A DNA stretch of 64,000 bases from Octopus vulgaris. Lineage: Eukaryota. Below, piece after piece: positions 56,243-64,000 of the stretch. The notes beneath the pieces were generated by a model that did no database searches, was not told where the DNA came from, and saw only the letters and a list, made by a program, of their open reading frames with translations. The translations under genes and the position numbers were made by a program. Numbering within the stretch: the stretch's first letter is position 1; each line of letters opens with the position of its first letter. Location of the stretch: assembly GCA_951406725.2 (NCBI GenBank), contig OX597824.1, forward strand, positions 93,124,001 through 93,188,000, given 5' to 3'.

Positions 56243-57850
56243 CAGCGTACAAGAGAACGTCGTAAAGGTTATTTGATTGAAGATTTCTATCTGTCTTTTA
56301 CTAGCAACACCAAATCAATTCTTTTCCTGAAGCTTTTCTCACCTGAAGTTTCTACATGACAGACTGACTGACATGACATTTGATAAGGTGCACATATGCT
56401 AAAACAGAGATAATAATCCAAGATTTCTTTTGACTCATTAGCAACAATTCACCTCGTGTCGCTTGCTTTATCTACTTCTGATTAATTATGACTTAATTTC
56501 TTGTTAATTATTTTCTTTCACATAGTCTTTCTAGTGCAACTTTTTTCCCCAGAGGTAGAAATTAATTCGTCCTTTACAAAGACCAAGATTCATTCAAATT
56601 TTCTTTTTCTTATTTAATTTTTACTTTTCTTATTTCTATTTGGTTTATATCTTAATTCATTTCAGTACTAAATGTTGCTTTTATTTGTTTATCATACCAC
56701 AAAACTGATAGTCTTCTGCAGATTAACGATCTTTTTTTCTACGATTCCTGAATCTAAGCCAGCATTTGAATCGAATTTTGTCTTTCTGTATTTCTTTAGC
56801 AGTTTAGTTAAACTATTAGACAGTATACAGAGTGAATTGCAGCTACATTCAAACTTTACCTTCAGAAAAGTATTCAATAGTCTCTTGAATCTATTTATTT
56901 AGCAAACACGCTTTTATTTCCCCAAAGCGTTCACTCATTTTCCTTTTTAAATATTCACTCCCTTATCTTTTGTCACTGTCAATATCAACGCAGAAGAGCT
57001 CTTATGAATGCCAGTCACGTGTTCTCTGTCTTGCAACCAGAGTTTTAAAAGCTAAATAAGGTTTACATCAAACATTTCATTACGAATACATGGCAAATGT
57101 TTACCTTCCATGTTTACATGCTGATAACGTTCATTTTGACGAAGGTGCTATAGTATCACAGGCAGCAAAATGTCAAAAGTTTCTCTCATTTCGTAGTAAA
57201 ATAGCAACGATCAGACACTAAAGAATTGTCACTCTGGGCTTAGCAAGTATGTTCTCAAACAAGTGTGAGCGTTTACTCACACTTGGAAAATGCATTTGCT
57301 TTTATCGAAAACATTTCAGTCACCAAATCCCACCTTACATTCCACAAATGTTGCTCTATGATATAAATACTTTACTTAGCAAAACTTTAACACTCACTGA
57401 AATATTTCCATATATATATTTTCATTCTATTTATGCAGATATTAGAAAAATCTATATTTTTATATTACACCAATTTATTGCAATTACGTAAGTCATTACT
57501 GAGTAAATATATTCAAAATGTGCTTCACATTATAATTAAGTTTCCATCTGTAACTATAAGAAGAAAGATTATGTTTACATTTACCGATGTATTTTTCTTA
57601 GACTCATAATAGATGTTGTCGTGTCCAATTACTTTGTCTGGAGTGACATTTTGCCAGGTGATTCCATGTACGAGACGATCAACGCAAACGTATTGAATAA
57701 TAGATTTCTTCAATTAATGTGATCCGATGAATAACATGTTACTTGACAAAGCTAATAGTTACCGTATTAAATCTGCAGATTTAATTCAATAATATATCAT
57801 AACTACATGTCACTTTAGAACGAGGGGTAATATGTCATTCGTGTGCATGA

Positions 57851-58692
<842 letters not shown>

Positions 58693-59034
58693 GGAGTGAG
58701 TTTCTGTCGAAGAACGCGTATAAGCTTTCAGTTTGTCGCCGAACGACCAGCACTAATGATTTGTTTATAGTTATCGAATGTTTGCGCCGCAGATTAAATC
58801 TCTGCCTCCATCAAATCAACGTTGTCTGCAGTGGTGCATGATGTAGCATGCGTCTGGTGTCGAAGGGATTGCAGAGCAATGTGAGGTGAGGGGTTTTGCC
58901 CCAGAACATTACGCACCACCAGGTCTAGAAATTGAAATTACGGTCGCTAGATCGTCAGTGCAAAACACTAAACTATGCGCCCGCCATCTAAACACACACA
59001 CACACATATATTTATATATATATATATATATATC

Positions 59035-59220
59035 ACCGTGACCACCGTGACCGACCAGGCTATCAGATGTTGTTACATATCGCTGGTCACAATGCGCTTC
59101 TCACTGTTTTAGCCTTCAAATGACGCCACCCCGCTGGCTAAGCGAGCAGGCCAACAGAAGAAAGAGAGAAAGTTGTGGCGAAAGAGTACAGCAGGGATCG
59201 CTACCACCCCCTGCCGGAGC
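59035..59220 (-). mobile_element. Partial SINE: family-C body with a third tail type
   Basis: GCTCCGGCAGGGGGTGG..CCCTGCTGTACTCTTTCGCCAC followed by GCGCATTGTGACCAGCGA...(GGTCACGGT)2. Confidence 0.75.
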
Positions 59221-59553
59221 ATATATATATATATATATATATGTACAAAGGCATGCAGGAAGTAAATAGACATCATTAATTTTCAAAATCTTTTTATTTA
59301 ATATTAATTGTTTGAGGGAGAGGTTTTCTTCTAGATGTCCGTCCATTATACCCCAGCATAATGCAGATGTGTAACACACGTTCTTGGACTAACTTCTAGC
59401 TGTTTTGTAGAAGCCTTTGAACGGGGGTTCGTTTTCCACAATTCTCTTCAAACAGTGAAGCTTCCTTTCCGAGGACCCAGCTCAGCCCGAACGAGAATCT
59501 GTCGATTCTTTTCCTTGGCCTTTGAACTGATAGATAGATAGATAGATAGATAT

Positions 59554-59739
<186 letters not shown>

Positions 59740-59740
59740 G

Positions 59741-59784
<44 letters not shown>

Positions 59785-59804
59785 TGACAGACAGACGGAT
59801 AGAT

Positions 59805-59851
<47 letters not shown>

Positions 59852-59860
59852 TAGACAGAC

Positions 59861-59945
<85 letters not shown>

Positions 59946-60197
59946 TACATGCGTAAATATGTTGCAGAAATATTTCACTATCACTTCTAAGAAAACAGAA
60001 TTAGTTGAGGAATTACCGTTTAGTTGTAATTCTTAAAGATATGGCAAGATTTCCATAGAATATATGTTGAGTAAATTTTTCGTGATTTCCTTAATTTTTG
60101 CTACACCATTTTATTTCTCATAGCCTTAATGGATATCACAGCGTTATCAGAGCAGTTTGGAAACTTGTAGCGTTTCTAAACACTAATCCTCTTACAG

Positions 60198-60286
60198 CTA
60201 ATCCAAGCCTGCCTGTTATCTTATCCACTTTCGCAACGAGCGGCAAATCTAGTCAAGATAAGAGGAAGAATATCAATTTCCAAACG
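60198..60286 (+). CDS. Candidate 89-nt exon
   Basis: Branch-point-like CACTAAT plus CCTCTTACAG acceptor, donor ACG|GTAAGT; open frame xNPSLPVILSTFATSGKSSQDKRKNINFQT. Confidence 0.35.
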
Positions 60287-60714
60287 GTAAGTTTTGCACT
60301 GTATGTATATCGTTTATCTACGTATGTGAGAGTATATATATATATGCATACACTTGTATGTATGTATGCTTGTATGAATATGAGTATCTCTCCTAGTATA
60401 TACATATGTGTATGTATATATGTGTGTGTATGTGTGTATATATGTATATGTATATATATGTATATATATATATGTAAATATATATATGCTTCTGAATCTC
60501 TTTAACAATTCACAATAATGACATTTATTAATTTTATTCCTACCTCCGTTCATCTAATTGCATATATCTATCATTACATTTTATAAAAAGACTTTACTTT
60601 TTTTCCGTTTCCAAAACGCATTTTCGCTCATTTTTCTTCCTACTTTCCATCTACATATGTATATATACATATACATATATATGTGTGTGTGTATGTATAC
60701 ATATACATATATAC

Positions 60715-60788
<74 letters not shown>

Positions 60789-60837
60789 GTATCTGTATGT
60801 ATACATATCAATATATGCAACAGGATATCCAGATGCG

Positions 60838-60890
60838 ATGCAGTACGATCGATTCAAGGGATTCCATTTAATTGAACTCTCGTCAGCCTG

Positions 60891-60893
<3 letters not shown>
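60838..60893 (-). ncRNA. Degenerate hammerhead
   Basis: Minus strand AUGCAG-G-CUGACGA-[imperfect stem II]-GAAU-CGAUCG-UA-CUGCAU; palindromic stem III; A15.1 replaced by U. Confidence 0.5.
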
Positions 60894-60921
<28 letters not shown>

Positions 60922-60973
60922 GCATAAACACACACATACACACTCGCACACATACACACATAGATATATAAAT

Positions 60974-61172
60974 GTGACCTCGTGTGTACCAGTGGTGATT
61001 TTTTCCTCTGTCTACCCTTCTCTGTATCTTTCCTTTTCCTATGTTTCCGACGAAGAGCTCCGCTCGAAACGTTAAACCCTCCTTCTTTCCTTCTTTCCTG
61101 AGCGTCCAATAATACTATATTTGTTCCACGTCCTCGCGTTGTTGTGTTTTTTGTGCTTTCTTGTTTGGATTA

Positions 61173-61176
<4 letters not shown>
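60974..61176 (+). mobile_element. Penelope-pLTR-like element of about 200 bp with a minimal HHR variant (61043-61077)
   Basis: GTTT-CCGACGA-A-GAGC-TCC-GCTC-GAAACGTT-AAAC; ends in (TA)n; second copy at 62658-62868. Confidence 0.6.
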
Positions 61177-61216
<40 letters not shown>

Positions 61217-61623
61217 CTTTAATCTTTAATTTTTTCTGCTTCAAAGCTGTAGTCCTACCGAAGGAGTAATGTGTTGACGCTGAAGCACCGCATGTAATTG
61301 GGGCGGCTCATATGGTTTATCATTTCTCCAGAGATCCACAAGTCTCCGGTAGGGGTGAACCCTGCTTTCCTCTTTCATCACAACTGTCTCTCGTTCTTTC
61401 TTCCTGTTTCCGTTGTACCTCTATTTCTTGTCACACTCTGTGTCACGCTGAAGATCCTCGAGAACTGCGTTAAGGGTACATGTGTCTGTGGAGTGCTCAG
61501 CCAATTGCACGTTAATTTTACGACCAGGCTCTTCCGTTGATTGCATCAGCTGGAATCCTCATCGTCGTAACGGACGGAAAGCCATGATTACAACTACATA
61601 CTTGCAAACATATACACGCACAC

Positions 61624-61667
<44 letters not shown>

Positions 61668-62602
61668 AAACACATATACATATAGTTAAATCTGACCGGT
61701 TAAATTTTTTTGTCTGATATAAATATTTACAAGAAACATCTTGATCTTTTGCTGTCCAAGGTCACAGATGAACCGATTTTACGGCAAGAAACCTACAAGA
61801 GGGCAGCACTATAGAAGTCCCTCCGTCACCAAATGCCAATCATAAAAGAATGGCCATTGAAAAGGTAATAACACAGAAGTTGTCCCCGCATGACCACCGC
61901 GTTTGAGCTGAAATGCACAAAAGGATAAAAGAATGGGAAAAAACCTGTTCTTACTATTTCTTCTGATAAAATGCTTTACCAATCTAGATGCGATAATGTT
62001 CGCATGTTTGCATGTCGTTACTGAAATATATAAATGGAATTTCTTCACACGAGATTTGCCAATTTCTTACACTCCAAAGCATATTCAATTCCGAACGGAT
62101 TAAAGTTATCCAATTGGTAAAAGGAGAATGCAAGTAAGCAGACATTCAGCAGTCGCTTGATCTGCTAGAAATATCAGAGGAATCGTTAGAATATCGAAAC
62201 AAGCCGAGGAAACGTACATTAGTAAATGAAGTTACTCGTATGAATATAAACAGAATGGTCGTGGCTGGAACGTCGATGAAAATATATTCACTTACTTAGA
62301 CGTGGTAAATATCCAGGTGAGGTGTATACTGCAGGCTACTCGTCAGGCCAAGGGTATATTCATTAAATGAAAGTTTATATGCATTCAGACAACGTCCAAC
62401 GTAAGAATGTGTTGCGGGTGCGAACTGCGTGATTTCTGTAAATATTGAAGTGGTGCCGAAACTCAAACTAAATTGCTGACAGATTCGTTATTCTTCACGG
62501 AACAGTCGTAGGCAAACATGCAACATCCTATCCTCCACAGCGCCATGGCTTCACCCGAAAAGAAGAAAAATGCTAAAACTCTACGGACCGAATATTACGA
62601 GT

Positions 62603-62657
<55 letters not shown>

Positions 62658-62660
<3 letters not shown>

Positions 62661-62868
62661 TAATCCAAACAAGAAAGCACAAAAAAACACAACAACGCTA
62701 GGACGTGGAACAAATATAGTACGCTATATATTGGACGCTCAGGAAAGAAGGAAAGAAGGAGGGTTTAACCTTTCGAGCGGAGCTCTTCGTCGGAAACATA
62801 GGAGAAGGAACGATCCAGAGAAGGGAAGACAGAGGGAAAAAATTCGCCAACGGTACACACGCGGTCAA
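62658..62868 (-). mobile_element. Inverted second copy of the 60974-61176 element
   Basis: Near-identical reverse complement; HHR-like motif at 62763-62797; abuts (TA)n. Confidence 0.7.
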
Positions 62869-63441
62869 ATGGGGCTGAGTAATAGACATTTCAAAAACAT
62901 CCGTTCTCTCTGCTCCACTCGGTACTACAACATTGTGTCTATAAGAATTGCTACGTCTAAATGTATGTATATATGTATATATGTTTGAATGTATCTATGT
63001 ATGTGTGTACGTACGATATTTATCCGTACGTGCTTGTGAGTCTATGGGTTTGTAAGTATATGTGATATTTTAATATCTATAAACATTATATTTTGTCAGA
63101 TGACATACAAGGCTACATCTATTTGTTGAAGTTCAAACTAACGCCTGGCGAGTGAGAGCTAATAATTGAACTGTCAACAATGCGCTTGTTCTATAAAACT
63201 GATTGGATATTCTTCCAACGAAGATGGCGTTCACCTATTTTCAATAACGGCAAAGATTTGTAGGCTTCGGCAAGACTTTGTCAGATGTCGAAGGGATATG
63301 AATGTATAAGTACAAAGTACATTTGTATGAGCATACGTTTGTGTGCAAAATGTGCGTGTTTACGCATTATGTATGTGTGTATATATATATATACATATAT
63401 ATGCATACATTTGTATATATTTGTATATATATGCATACATT

Positions 63442-63495
<54 letters not shown>

Positions 63496-63536
63496 TATAT
63501 GTATAGATGAGTGCATACATATGTGTTTGTATATAG

Positions 63537-63611
<75 letters not shown>

Positions 63612-63800
63612 AGGATATGTATGTAGTTCTATGTAAATACATGTGTAAACATGTATGTATATTTACTTGTGTGTGTGTTTGTGTGTATTGCTATGTGTGC
63701 ACGTATATGGAGAGTTACATTTGTATGTATGCATCCATAGAGAGACAGATATATAGATCGATAGATAGATATATAGATAGGTGAATAGATATATAGACGA

Positions 63801-63879
<79 letters not shown>

Positions 63880-64000
63880 GATAGACAAGTGCTTTCATAT
63901 TTATTGATTATAGAAACATACTCATGCGCTTGTGTTAGTTTGTAGGTGAGCGTATTCCTGTGTGTGTATATGTGTATGGATGTGTTTGCGCGAGCAGCAG

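Overview
AT-rich, microsatellite-saturated eukaryotic DNA, largely intronic or intergenic. The SINE repertoire looks to me like octopus (cephalopod); that is recognition, not a database result. No long protein-coding gene is present, and nearly all tracked ORFs are translations of (TA)n/(TATG)n/(TATC)n tracts or SINEs. The window holds roughly 35 copies of modular tRNA-derived SINEs (labelled A-E here). It also holds 3' remnants of Tx1/L1-, CR1- and RTE-type LINEs, two of which visibly share the 3' tails of SINE families A and B. Other elements: a CCHC-knuckle LINE ORF1 relic, a solo LTR with a 5-bp TSD, a non-autonomous Helitron, a mariner end and several foldback elements. The most notable signal is a set of type I hammerhead ribozyme (HHR) motifs inside short, microsatellite-embedded, Penelope/retrozyme-like elements. 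One is structurally complete (58325-58386 +) and lies in a 510-nt unit with about 175-bp terminal direct repeats. One is near-complete (6771-6843 -). Several are degenerate, and a 10-unit head-to-tail array at 15.1-17.0 kb has an HHR-like motif, AATAAA and a variable (CATA)n tail in each unit. A few small exon-like segments occur on both strands but are unproven. Repeat boundaries are read by eye and are approximate unless a TSD is given.
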